A DNA stretch of 64,000 bases from a virus. Lineage: Duplodnaviria > Caudoviricetes. Made by a program: the position numbers and the translations under genes. Shown here piece after piece: positions 1 to 12,819 of the stretch. The stretch's first letter is position 1, and each line of letters starts with the position of its first letter. The notes under the pieces are model-generated. The model saw nothing but the letters and a program-made list of their open reading frames with translations, made no database searches and was not told the origin of the DNA. The DNA is taken from the IMG/VR virus record IMGVR_UViG_3300027566_000003; one strand, written 5' to 3'.

Positions 1-357
1 TATACCTCTTGCATCCTGTCTATTTAAATCAACGAATTTAACAATATTCATTTTTCCTTCAATACACACTACCGCCCAACTATGTCCTTGATCTGGTTTA
101 CATACATCTGTTCCAATATGCACAACATTTTCCACAGTATTATGTAAAACATTTACTGAATTTTGAAAATGTGAAATATATTTTGCATTTTCATTTATTA
201 GTTTTCTTAGATATGTAGTTTTGTCATGTATATCACTTTCAATATCTGAAAATCGTATGCTATTAAATGTTTCGTGGTCTTTAAAATTTGATTCAATGTC
301 TCCTACTCCCAGAAAATCTCTTAATTTAAATCGCAACCAGTTCTTAAATTTATTCAT
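1..357 (-). CDS. hypothetical protein, runs off the window edge (MNKFKNWLRFKLRDFLG...)
   Basis: Manually translated open frame from ATG at 357 to the window edge, with RBS upstream. Confidence 0.6.
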   Translation of the reverse strand, partial: MNKFKNWLRFKLRDFLGVGDIESNFKDHETFNSIRFSDIESDIHDKTTYLRKLINENAKYISHFQNSVNVLHNTVENVVHIGTDVCKPDQGHSWAVVCIEGKMNIVKFVDLNRQDARGI

Positions 358-379
358 ATTTTCCTCCTTATTTATTATA

Positions 380-3300
380 TTACTTCCTCATAAACCCCAA
401 TCCTTCAATTGCGTCTCTGTATTCTTTTAATCTATTTTCCATATTTTGACCTTCTTTTAATGCTAAAAGTACCACATCACGAATATCATCTGCTATATCT
501 TGTACTTCATAAAGAAGATCTTCTATTTCATCATATGAATTGTTCTTAATTTTTAAAATTTCAAGTGCTTTATCTTCTATATATTGATGATAAGTACAAA
601 TTTGTTCATTTTCTTTTGGTTTTCGCATAATTTATCCTTCCCTTTAAAAGTTTACTTTATTTTATTAATTTAATTCCCCATCTACATAAAAAATTCACAT
701 GGGTTTCTTTGTCTTTTATTAAGAAATCAAAATATATATTTCTTTTTGCAAACCAATCATCAATATCAAGTAATAAAAATCCTAACCAATTACGCATCTT
801 TGAAAAAATCTCCTTTAAAATTTGGATTTCATGGGATATTAGTATTTGAAAACAAGAGCATTTGGAAGCATAGTGGAGTATATGGAAGATGATTATTTTG
901 TCTTTATATATTTTTCTAACATTTTATATAGTTCAGGTTCATTACAAAAATCATCAATAGGATATGCTGAACTTCTCTTACCTCTTAAATTATTGGGGTC
1001 AGGAAATCCTATAATATCTAACTCAGATATCAAACCAACATAGATATCATTTCCACTGTTTACTTTTCCAATGTGTTCTAAAAACTTGTCTTCCGCATCT
1101 TTCTGACTCTTTGCTTCAATTCTAACTACGTGTAATTGAACATAAGGTTCATCATAAATTCCTATATATTGAGCGTACATCCCATCATACTCCTCTATCA
1201 TTGGATTACCCATATTTTATTTTGAGTCTCCACTTTAACACTACCATTCTCTAAATGCTCTACATTAATAACTTTTTCGTGGTTAAAAAATGAACCTTTT
1301 TCATAAACTACCAATAATGGATTGTTAACAATTATTACGGTTTTACTCATATCCAACTCTTTATGTAGATAATGAGAGCAGACATCAATATTAGTATTTT
1401 TGTTTTTAATTGATGTAATTTTCATACATCCTCCTTGAAATTATTTTTTATTTCTTTTAATATTCACACTCTGGACAAAATGCTCCTGCATTTTCAATCT
1501 CATATTCGATTTTATTATCTTTTAATGCTTTAAGATAACCTATAATTTGATATTCAATTTTATCATGATAGTAATCACCAGAAAGTAATTCAATAAAGAA
1601 TAATTCATCTTTCTCATTTTCAATTTTTAACAGTCTTTTACGCCCACAATCACAATTTGTAGATTCTTTTATTAATCTCATTTTTATAATCCTCCCTCTT
1701 TTATTTATTTTTACTATCAAAATAATTGCTCAAAGATTCACCATACCACTCCCAATTATCCACTCCACCATTTTCCAATGCAGTTAGTATTTCATCTCTA
1801 TGTATAAGTTCATCATATTCCTCTTTGGAAATTGCATTTTTAGTATTTTTAATTTTAATGCTATTTCCTGTAATCGCATTAATTAACTCAGACATAGAAT
1901 TATTGATTTCAGATTTTACTTGATTTTGAATATCTGAATATAAGTTACTATACAGTCTATCAATAGTTTCAGATTTAATTTCATCCATAATTTCTTCTTC
2001 AGCAAGATCAAGTGATTTTGTCACATCTTTACTAAATGTGTCTTCATACTTCTTTTTATATTCATCTTTAATTTCTGAAATTAATTTTTGATATACCTTT
2101 TCTTTAATTTCCTTTTTAATTTCATCTCTGATTTCATATTCATCTTTATATGTAAGAGATATCTTATTTTTCATTTCGTTTTTAACCTGATTAATTGCAC
2201 TAGTGGTAATGTCATCAAAAGTTGCTTCTGACATTTCTTTAATTACCCCCCAACTTAATACCCTCAAAAACTTCTTCGAAATCAAATTCAAATTTAAGTG
2301 CCGTACTCATTATATTAACTCCTCATTATTTAATAATTTTACACTATTTTTATATTTTATTAATTTTATAGATGCATTATTGTCATCTAAATACGTTTCA
2401 TAAGACTCTTCGCACCACATTCCTTCACAAGATGAATATCCAGAAGGTGTGACACAGGATTTATGCTCTCCATAATCTGTTCGATAACAATAGTCACAAA
2501 TTGTTTCATCGTCGCACATTTCTTCAAATGATTTTAGTACCATACTTTTCTCCTTTAAAATTCTTTTTTATAGTAACTTTATTTCGTCACTAGACCAATA
2601 ATCTCCCAACTCTAAACACCTATAAATTTGTTTTTCTCCGCACCAATGAGTTTTTTCGACGGTAACATAGCATCCAATGAATTTTCGTTTCCACTTCTTA
2701 TTGTTTTCATTATTATTATCATTTAACTCTTTATAAAGATGATACATTCCAGTCATATTAGTTTCGTCTACAGAAATAATAATTGCTTCATATTGTTGAG
2801 AGTGATAGTGTACATGACAATCATAAATAGTACCTGTTTTTATTCCTATGTAATTGCCATTTTCATTGCGAAGACATTCTTCGTTTAACCCTGTTTTATT
2901 ATTGTTCCATACAGTTAATATTTCCATTTTATTTTCCATCCTTTAAAATCAGTTCTTTATGCTATTTAACATTTTCATTCAATTCATCTATCATTTGATT
3001 GATAAGTTTTACTTTCGAAATTGATCTGCTTTTATCATCTCCAGACAAATAATTCTTGTTCTCATATTCTAAAGTTTCCATTGCTAATAAAATAGCAAGA
3101 TTAGATTTAAATATTTTCTTAGATTGTAAATCCATTTATGCATCCTCCTTTTATAAGCAGTTAAAATGTTAAGTTCGTAGTAGTTCTTTCCCACACATAG
3201 GACAATAATTTATTTTTATTTGTACTGATTCAGTAGCATCGCATAAATAAGGCATAACCGTCATATCCCCATCATCTTCTATGTATACTTCACGTAAATT

Positions 3301-6300
3301 AGGATTGTTGCATTTACTGTCAAAATATAGTGATTTATTTTTCGTACAATAATCACATGATTTTTCATAATCTAATTCATCTTCAGCGAACAACAAAAGT
3401 GACTCATCATCAAATTCAACTGCATATGGATATTCCCTATCAACTATTTCTGTTACTATACCAATTTGATTTATAAAATTATTTGGATCGTAACCTGAAG
3501 TTTCTTTATCAAATTTTATAATTTTAACTTTATCCCCTATTTTATATCTCATTTATTATTTTCCTCCTTTAATTTTTATCCCTTGAAAGATTCGTTTTAT
3601 CTGATTTATCTCAATAACTTAAATCCACCCTTAATCAACCAATGCTTTACTTCTCTTACTTCTTCTATGTCTGTACCTTCAGTAATCATAACACTTTCAA
3701 TATGAACAAATTGATTAGATTCGCCCATTCCCAAATATTCATCCGAAAAGTATAAATAGAGCCAAATCTTATCATTAAAGATAATAATATATTCTCTTGT
3801 ACTATCAGGAAGAGGCATACTAAATCCTGTATCTCCTTCTTCTATCTCGACTTCATCTATGAGATAGGAAAGGAAGTCTGCCATTTCTTCTTCATCACTT
3901 CTATATGTATCCATACCATAGAATTCACTTCTAAATATCTTGTGGTATTCCGGTTCATCTCTTCTAATACCATCAAGAGAAATCATTTTGCCTTCTTTAA
4001 CTAATTCTTTATGTTTGAAGTATGCATTGATTCTTCTTACACTATCTTTTTGATCTTTGTATTTAATTACTTTCATTATTATCTCTCCCCTCATAATCCT
4101 CAACAATTTTCCAAAACTCACTTGTTTTTAATTCAATAAACCCCTCTGGAGTATCTTCAAAATTATATTCGTTTGCAAAAGAGCAATATACTTTTTCATC
4201 TATAGAAAATATTCTTGAACGATTTTTGCCTAAACAATTCATAAAACTAAAACCAACATATGGTTTATTTATAATTTTAAATTGTTTTCCCTCTAATAAT
4301 TTCCCCCATGCTTTACCAATTTTCGAATTAGATTTGAAAGCCCTTAAATCGTTTACCAATGGTTTGCATAATGATTTACAAAATGCCTCCAAATCATTTT
4401 CAGTAGGTACAATATAAAATGTATTACCTTGATTTGCATACTCTTCTGTTTCAATCCCTTGAGAATCCATAAATTCTTTTGAGATATCACATAATAGCTC
4501 TTGATTATATTTATATTCCATATATTGATTATATAAATTTGCTTGATTTGTTACTTCAAAATATCTTTCCATTATTTAATTTCCTCCACTTCAACTTCAC
4601 AATCTTCATCTTCGCTTTTAATAATTATATTTATTCCTTTATTAACATCTTTTTCATCTTCAACACTCCAAGACTTTTTACCATTGATCAACACTTCTCC
4701 ATATCCTTCAATAAAACTTTGTTCAAATCTTGCTCTACATTGTGCTAAATATTCAGCATGTTCTTCATAAGTATCAAATCCATGAAAATATCTTGCGAAA
4801 TCTTCCATCCATTCTTCAGTAATAATATTCTCATCAATCTCAATTATGTATTCATCAGTTCTGGTTATTGTTGTTTTGAATCTTTTCATTTATTAATCTC
4901 CTTTATTTTATTATATTTCGACACAACAAAAGGTAGTATTTAAAGCATCTCATTTCTTCCAACAATTTTATAATTCCCACACTCAACCTCTGATAATGGC
5001 ACTAGGTCTTCAAATCCATCTGGAAATTTAATTACATAACATAATCTAAAATCTGAACTTAAATTTGGCATTACATTATGCACTCCAATTATTGTTCCTT
5101 CATTTTCATATCCTTTATGGTGATATGCATTTATACTAATTGGTATTAAATACGTATCGTATCTAATCATTATTTTCACTATCCTCCTTAAAAACAAAGG
5201 TGTAATATATTTTATTTTCCACTTATTATATTACACCTTAAAATCCTAAAAATCAACTATAAATTAACTCAACAATTACTCTAACATGATGAACAAATAA
5301 TTCGTCTTTGTAATTATTTTTATTTTTCATTTTAAAATCTAATGCTTCTTTTGAATTTTTAAAATGTCTTGATCTTAAAGGATCTGTGATAAGGATTTTG
5401 CTACTACTGTGATTGATGAATCCATTACCTTTTTCATTACCTAACACATAAAATGTTTTAATATAACCATTAGGAGTAGGAATATTATTCATAATAATCA
5501 CCTCATTTCTGCATTAACATTGTAGTTGGTTCAGTGATTATTATTTTCGGGTTATGTGGTTAGTATGCATAATAACAGGCAGAAAGTCAAATTTATTTTA
5601 GATTTTAATTTCTAGACAATTTTTGATATTCTTTCTGGATACCCTCCCAATTTAATCTATTAACATCTCTTCTCGCATTATTAAAATCTTTAAAATCAAA
5701 TATTCCTAATTCCTTTGCCCTCATCCAAACTTTATCTCTAAGATAATTTGCATTTTGATTAATTGCTCTTAGCTCATGAGCATTTGCTGGTTTAGTAAAC
5801 CCTTGACTATCTAAACCCCCATGACAGACGTTCCTATTAAATTTCTCACAATTGTATTCATAGTCAACCCATAATTCATATGCACTTGAATAACATTCTG
5901 ATGGTTGATATAATTTTCCTAAATATTCACGCCTAAATAATTCTTTGTTGTTCATGTTAATTCCTTTCTAACAATCCATTTCATTCCCAAAATTTATCAT
6001 CTGAAATGTCTTTATATCTAACAAATCCAATTACTATTTCATCTTCGCCATGTACAGGATTTTCAAAATTATCAACATAATATTTATTGTTTTTACTTAT
6101 CCACGCATAACCAACATAGTCATTAAAATCTTTTGACTCATTTCCAACCCATATATAAGGTTTTAGTATCTTTAAAATAACTTCATCTTTAAATCTTTTG
6201 TCAATTATCATGCAAATATAAAAATCATTACCTTCATAAATTGCGTCCTCGTTAGTTTTGTTTATACATTCATTAAGAGGGAATTTTGTTTCCATGTGTT

Positions 6301-8922
6301 GTAACAATGAATTAAAATTTGATATGTTCATTAAGGGTATCTCCTCTCATATTTTAATCATAAATAAAATTGAGATACAAATTCAAGATGTTCAATAATT
6401 TCATCAAGTTCTAATATTGTACCTTTCGACATCCCTTCAACACCTTTTAATTTATTTATAAGCATTATTGCCTTTCTTATACCTTGCCCTCTGGTCATAA
6501 TCAAACTCCTTTCTTAGTACGATGAAATATTCATTTTGTAGTATTTAATCTCCATTGTAGATATTCAATTTCTTTCCTCATTTGTCCGAAAACAGAACCA
6601 ATAACCACTGCTTCATCATAATGTAATTTATTTATATTAGTGGCTGAAGATAATATTTTCCATAATTCATCTAACGTTTCTTTGTTCATTTTGCCTATCA
6701 CTCCTGCCTTTCATCACATTCATTTTCAAATGCACAACCATTACATAACCACACTTTGCACTTTTCACAAAAACACATTGAAAATCATTTGGATCGTTCA
6801 TTATTAATCTCCTTCCTAATTATCACTATCTGTAAGAAAATCTGCTTCAATTTTATTGATATATACTCTTGGATAAAAGAATTCGCATTTATCAAATTTT
6901 GCAAGAATGTTAAAGGTTATATTGTCTTTATTTTGTTTAAAAATTATTTCCTTAGCTAAAGATAAATCAAACCCTGAAATACAATTCACACATTACCCTC
7001 CTCACTTGAAACGCTTCTTTGATTCTGGTTACTCATCTGCTTGATGTAGTAATTTCTTCATGTATTTTTCCAAACTAATTTTTATATTGATCATAGTATT
7101 AATATCTCTACCATAAGCACGACCAAAAGCTTGCTTTTCTATTTTAATTTCTTTCTCTAACCATTTAACGCAACCTCTAACACCCTCAGATTTATAAAAT
7201 AATTCCCTATTCATTTCATTTTTATCTCCTTCCTCATGAAATGTATCATTGATTTGATTTTACTTTCTTATTATTTTTCCTTAAATAACAGTCTATATAA
7301 TAAGTATTTAAATTACGATCTAAATGCCCATTTTCATTACAAGGTCTATCTTTGATTGGGATAATATTGTAATCACATTCTACACAAATATCTTTTAACT
7401 CTTTAAAAACATCTTTACTCAATTTATTCTCCTCTTTTTATTTTCTCTTCAATTTCTTTGATTGCTCTTTCTTCTTGTTTAATAATTCCTTTTGCTCTCT
7501 TTAACAATTCTTTTCTCAACTCCATATTAGTCATATCATTTACATATCCAAAAGTAGTCATCATATTACCACATGTTAAGAATAATCTAGGGTCATCTGC
7601 ATGATTTGATTGTGCTACAATTACTGGACTAGAATGATTTCCAATACTGTAATCATTAATATATCTCCCACAACCCCTGAATTCATCTATTCCATTCATA
7701 CCTGCATTAATATTATCAATGAATTGTTGTTGATTCTTTTCAATAACGTGCCACGCATCGTTTAAAATTGTGATTGTTGTCATATATCCCATTATTATTT
7801 CATCCTTCCTAAAATCAATTAAAAATGCAATTTTAAGCGAACAACTTATTAAATCTATCGACCGTAGATTCAATTTGCTCTTTAATTTCTGCTTCCTTCA
7901 ATTTCTTATTCTCCTCAATATTTTTATGATATAAGTTAATCTTTGACTTAAGATCATTTAAATAATTAGTAATTAATTTTACCCAATTCCCTTCATGTTT
8001 CCAACCATAATATTCTGTCCATCCATTCTGACCACCTAAAACTCCATAAACTTCAAAACGATTACTAGAATTAATTAATTCTTTGTCAGTTAAACCATGT
8101 ATATTTTCAACTAAGAATACTCTAAAACATTTACCTCTTGCATGGTCGCTTAATGCATATATAATATTACCATTAATATAGCACTCCTTGCCTAGACCCC
8201 ATGCGTCATCTGTGTTTAGTCTTCTTAAATTACCTATCTTAAATCTATCTGCCTCTGAAATAATATTATAATATCCTCTTGCACCTTTCATAATTTCTCT
8301 CCTTTATAATTATTTCCCAATAAGTTGTTCTTTTCGAAGGGTTTACTTATTTGGTAAATCGTTAATAATCAAACCAATTATTTGTGATATATTTAAATCT
8401 TCAAATAATCCTTCATTCTTCATATCTTTTGCCATTTGATACATAGCACCATAAAGAAAATAAAGTTTTTGTTCTTCGGTCATCTTCTTCATTGTCCGTA
8501 CTCCATTTCTAATGCCTTCTCCCAACAACTAGTGCAAAAGAATACTGGGCAACCACTTTCTTTTTTATCAAAAAGATCAAATTCACTAGGGCAACTTCCT
8601 CCAAGTATTAAATCTGCTAAATTCTCATTGCTCATTTTTGCGAGTGTTTGGTTAAACTTTTCTCTTCCTGTCTTTTATTTGTTTCCTTTCTACTTAACAT
8701 CAAACCATAATTTTATCTGTTGATTTTTACTATCCCGTATGCAAAAGAAATACCCATATTATCATCTGTAATTAAACAATCTTTGTTTTTATCGTACTTC
8801 AATTTAGTAATATAATATCCATGTATTATTTTTCCTTCGTAACCATTTTCCATAACGTGTGGCATTGAAATTATATCACCTTCTTTTAAAATGTTTTCAT
8901 AAATATCTTTAATTTCTTTCAT
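380..8922 (-). other. array of about 25 short co-oriented hypothetical phage genes (e.g. 380-628, 893-1213, 1701-2291, 2568-2939, 3169-3552, 4063-4572, 4572-4889, 5605-5955, 5981-6331, 7833-8291)
   Basis: Tightly packed minus-strand ORFs with GGAGG/AAGGA RBS; no recognisable family motifs. Confidence 0.75.
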
Positions 8923-8950
8923 ATATACCAGTCCTTTCTATTTTAATTAT

Positions 8951-9820
8951 TTAATTTATTAATCTACTTTTGCTTATTCCAATTGCTTTTTGATTAATAT
9001 CGCAACCTATGTATTGTCTACCTAATTCTTTAGCAACCACTAATGTAGTACCACTCCCACAAAAGAAATCTGCTACAATATCGCCTTCATTACTACTTGA
9101 TTTTATTATTCTTTCTAATAATTCTTTAGGTTTTTGAGTATCGTAATCCAACCTCTCATTCCCCATAGAATTAATCATGTTGATATCATCCCATATATTT
9201 TCAATTGGTATCCCTTTCAATTCCCAAGTATATTGTTTATACTCAGGATATTTCGCATTTTCAGAATATCTTAATCTGTTCTCTTTTTTGTATTGATTAT
9301 ATCTATCTTCTGAATATGTTGCCATAACTTGCCATCTATACTTACCACGTTCATCCTCATATTTAAATCTTTCATAATATTCTTTAGGATAATCTTTATA
9401 TTGAATATTAAAAGTATATTTTTTGCTTTTTGTGTAAAACAATATATTATCATTTGAAATTGAAAAATTCTTTGTTTTTGCTTTAACTGTATTTGTTCTT
9501 CTTTTCCAAATTATTTCCGACTTGAAGTTTTTGTTTCCGAATAATTTATCCATTTCTATTTTTATGTAATGAGACAATCTGCAATCCATTTGAAGATAAA
9601 TACTACCAGTGTCTTTTAACACTCTATACATTTCAATTAATCTTGGTTTATACCATTCTATTGCTTCTTGTGGAGTACCTAAATTATCATCATAGTCTTT
9701 AAATTTTTTACCTGTATTGTACAAAACATCACAATAAATTAAGTCTAAATAGTTGTTTGGTATTTGCTTCAGCAATTCAAGATTATCCATATTATAAATT
9801 TTATCAATTTCTATATCTAT
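8951..9820 (-). CDS. DNA N6-adenine/N4-cytosine methyltransferase (beta class)
   Basis: DLIYCDVLYNTG (motif IV position), YDTQKPKELLERII, VADFFCGSGTT and GRQYIGCDI motifs; the in-frame N-terminus IEIDKIYNMD extends to an ATA at 9820. Confidence 0.85.
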   Translation of the reverse strand: MDIEIDKIYNMDNLELLKQIPNNYLDLIYCDVLYNTGKKFKDYDDNLGTPQEAIEWYKPRLIEMYRVLKDTGSIYLQMDCRLSHYIKIEMDKLFGNKNFKSEIIWKRRTNTVKAKTKNFSISNDNILFYTKSKKYTFNIQYKDYPKEYYERFKYEDERGKYRWQVMATYSEDRYNQYKKENRLRYSENAKYPEYKQYTWELKGIPIENIWDDINMINSMGNERLDYDTQKPKELLERIIKSSSNEGDIVADFFCGSGTTLVVAKELGRQYIGCDINQKAIGISKSRLIN

Positions 9821-10618
9821 TACATCCTTTCAAAATTATACTCCTTCAATACTTCCGTTGGTATCGGTTTTTTATCTTCAATAGCATTAAGTACACAATC
9901 TTTATGCCACTGTAGATATTCGTTTACATATTCTTCTTTTGTTAATTGGTTTAAAAACATTCTAGTATGTAATAATTTCTTTTTAGATTCACTTCTCATT
10001 TTCTTTGTTAATTTATTATATTCATTCATCCTATTTTGATTGATATTATCATATATTTCTTCTAATTGAGTTTTATATTTTTGACTAGTTAATTCCCATG
10101 CATTTTTCACAATAAATCACCTTTTAATCCGATAAAAGTTAAATTTGGTTGGATTGCTCTACAAACAAATATTCTTTAAATAATTTTTCAGCTTGTTCTC
10201 TACCATGTTCTTGTGCGAATTCTCTTACTCTACTTGTAAAATAATCCATTAAAACTTCTCTGTAAACCTTTTTTAATGATTGAATGTTTTGTTTATTAAG
10301 TGATGCTAATACATCTTCAGGAGTTACATCTTTAATGATTTCTTTAATTACTTGTTCTCCAATATCATAAATATTTAGTCTTTTAACCGCTTCATTAAGT
10401 CCTCCGTAACCTCCATTTAATTCCCAACCACTTTTCCATGAATCTCTTCTTAAACCCAATTGTTTAAATACAATATCTTGCCCTGATTTTTCTAATTGAC
10501 TTTGAATTGTTTTTCTCAAATTCTCTTCCGATAAATTACCTTGAACATATTTTTGTAATTCCTCTTTAACGATTTGTTTTACACGGTCGATTGAGATTTC
10601 TTGTTTATTGTTGCTCAT
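9820..10618 (-). other. two hypothetical genes (9820-10110, 10139-10618)
   Basis: ORF track; RBS present. Confidence 0.65.
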
Positions 10619-10622
10619 TTAT

Positions 10623-11564
10623 TCATTCTCCTTTCGATTCAAACACTAAATCAATAATCTTATTTCTCATATCCTCATCAATAGGACTACCACTTGCAGA
10701 AATATGTCCACCTCCACCGAACGCACTAGCGACAATACTCAAGTCAATACCTTTCTTCACAGTTCTATAACTAACAGAATGAGATGGATTAATAATTGCA
10801 ATGAAATCTAGTTCTGGATGTAATTCAGATAATTTATTACCCAATTCTGAAGAATATCTTTCTGCGAAAACTACTCCTGCCTGATACCCTCGAATATCTT
10901 TTACGATGATTGATTCGTTTTTAGTGTCTATGTAACTATCAATTTTTTCTTGGTTCCTTCTAAGCAATACGTAATCTTCTTCTTTTAATTCAAATTCACG
11001 CATCATCGTAAATTGGTTTAAGACGTTATATACAAATGCTTCTCTTCCAATAATATACATTAAGTCATTTACTTGTTTAGGAATAATATTATTATATTTA
11101 TTTTTCCATTCCCATGTGTCATATTGCCTAACTATTTCAACAAAACTGTCAGCGTTTTCTAAGATATTATATCTTGTATGATATTCTGGAATATAAAACA
11201 ATAAGATATTTTGATAAAACATATATGTTCCACTATTTTTTCTATCAACTAAACCTTCGCTAACATCTACCCATCTATATTTATTTAGTCACAAAGCAGT
11301 TTTATGATGATCCAACAATACAAATTCGTGTTCTTGAGTAAATACATTATCAATTAATTTTGCCACTTCTTCATTTACTGAAATATCAGTAATAAATATT
11401 GTATCATAATCTTTATATTCTTCTGACTCTATGTATTGTTTGATTTTATCATTTACGTTATCATAATCACAGTATTCAATATTAATTTCTGGAAAAGCTA
11501 ATTTACCTATAATTCCACAAGAAACACCGTCTAAATCTGTATGCGTAAACAATTTTACTTTCAT
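10623..11564 (-). pseudogene. DHH/DHHA1-family phosphoesterase interrupted by one in-frame TGA (11289-11291)
   Basis: THTDLDG, FITDISV and LLDHHKTAL*LNKYRW continue in the same frame into the C-terminal half ending FGGGGHISASG. Confidence 0.8.
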
Positions 11565-11618
11565 TTATATAATCCTTCTTCCTTCTTTAAAAATAACATA
11601 AAAGAACTTTTTATGGTA

Positions 11619-12366
11619 CTACTTTTCACCTAAATATTCTTTTACCCTACTCCTTAATTCTACAACTAAATTTTTCATATCTTCATGTATTTGATTTTCT
11701 GCTTTTACTGCATCTTCTGAAGTTTTATCTATGACTCCATAAACCTTCATTAAAGCTTTTTGAAGTAATTCTGTATCTTCTTCAGTTGAACCATATCCAT
11801 CAGCATACATATCACTTTCAAGTAAAGCTCCATAAAGTAAAATTTCTGTTTTTGTCATTGCTGTTTCAGTCATTATTTTATCATCCTTTCTATTCTCTAA
11901 AATACTTATCTGTTTCTTCAAATGTTAAATATAGTAGAATATCATCTCCATATACCTCTATTTCATCGTCTCCAATTTGTTCGCCCCTGTAATAATTGCC
12001 AACTTTAAATGATGAACTATGGGGTATAGGACGAATTAATTTCATATAACTTTCTTTTAAACCCTCTAACAATTCTTCTCTTGTCATGTTGTCAAAATCC
12101 ATTTATAATTACCTCCTCCAACTTATGAGGTTTCTATATAATTATTTTAATGATTTTAATGTCTTAACAACTTTATTGTGCAATTTCTTTGTCATGGTAG
12201 ACACTTGAGAATCAGTTGCCACATGAAACATACACATATTTATAGAATTTCTAATCTCCTCAAATATCTCTGCTTTATCTCCTAATGTATAACCCTGTTC
12301 ATTTGCTTGTTTTTCTAATGGATCATATAAAACTCCATAACTAAATCCTACTTTATTTTCACTCAT
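11619..12366 (-). other. three short hypothetical genes
   Basis: ORF track 11619-11921, 11890-12102, 12142-12366. Confidence 0.6.
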
Positions 12367-12604
12367 AGTAAATACCCCTTTCTTCTACCCTTTAAAATTG
12401 GGCTATGATTGTATTGTAATTTCTAAATCTGTTAATATCTCACATATAGTTATCCTGTGATTTGTTACATTTTTATCTAGTTTACATTCTGAGCAATTCA
12501 TACCACATTGCCAATCTTTATGTTTAAATATAACTTTTAATAATTCATCCTTAATTACTTCATCCAATTAAATTTCAGTCCTTTCCAACAAAATCGATAT
12601 TCTG

Positions 12605-12805
12605 AAGGGGTTGTTGAATAATAAGGACTAACAGTTACAAAAGTGAAACACTAAGCCAAAAAGCCTTTTGTAATTTTCAGTGACCAAATCCTAGTTAGTC
12701 CTTAAACATTTCGTGTTATAAATTGAGCAAACACCCAGTTTTATTATTAATCACACCGTTTGGGATTCGGTTTTTATTGTGACTGGATCTGTTTTTCAAC
12801 CCCTC
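12605..12805. ncRNA. candidate structured non-coding RNA downstream of ligA
   Basis: Nested complementary segments: AGGGGTTG/CAACCCCT, TAAGGACTAAC/GTTAGTCCTTA, TTACAAAAG/CTTTTGTAA, GTGTT/AACAC, CCAGT/ACTGG, ACCG/CGGT; no ORF. Confidence 0.55.
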
Positions 12806-12819
12806 GCTCAATTATTATT

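Noticed and set aside
11289-11291. Genome-wide TGA=Trp recoding
   Set aside because: TGG encodes Trp throughout and TGA terminates ordinary genes (e.g. at 5981, 19583, 31599, 54942)
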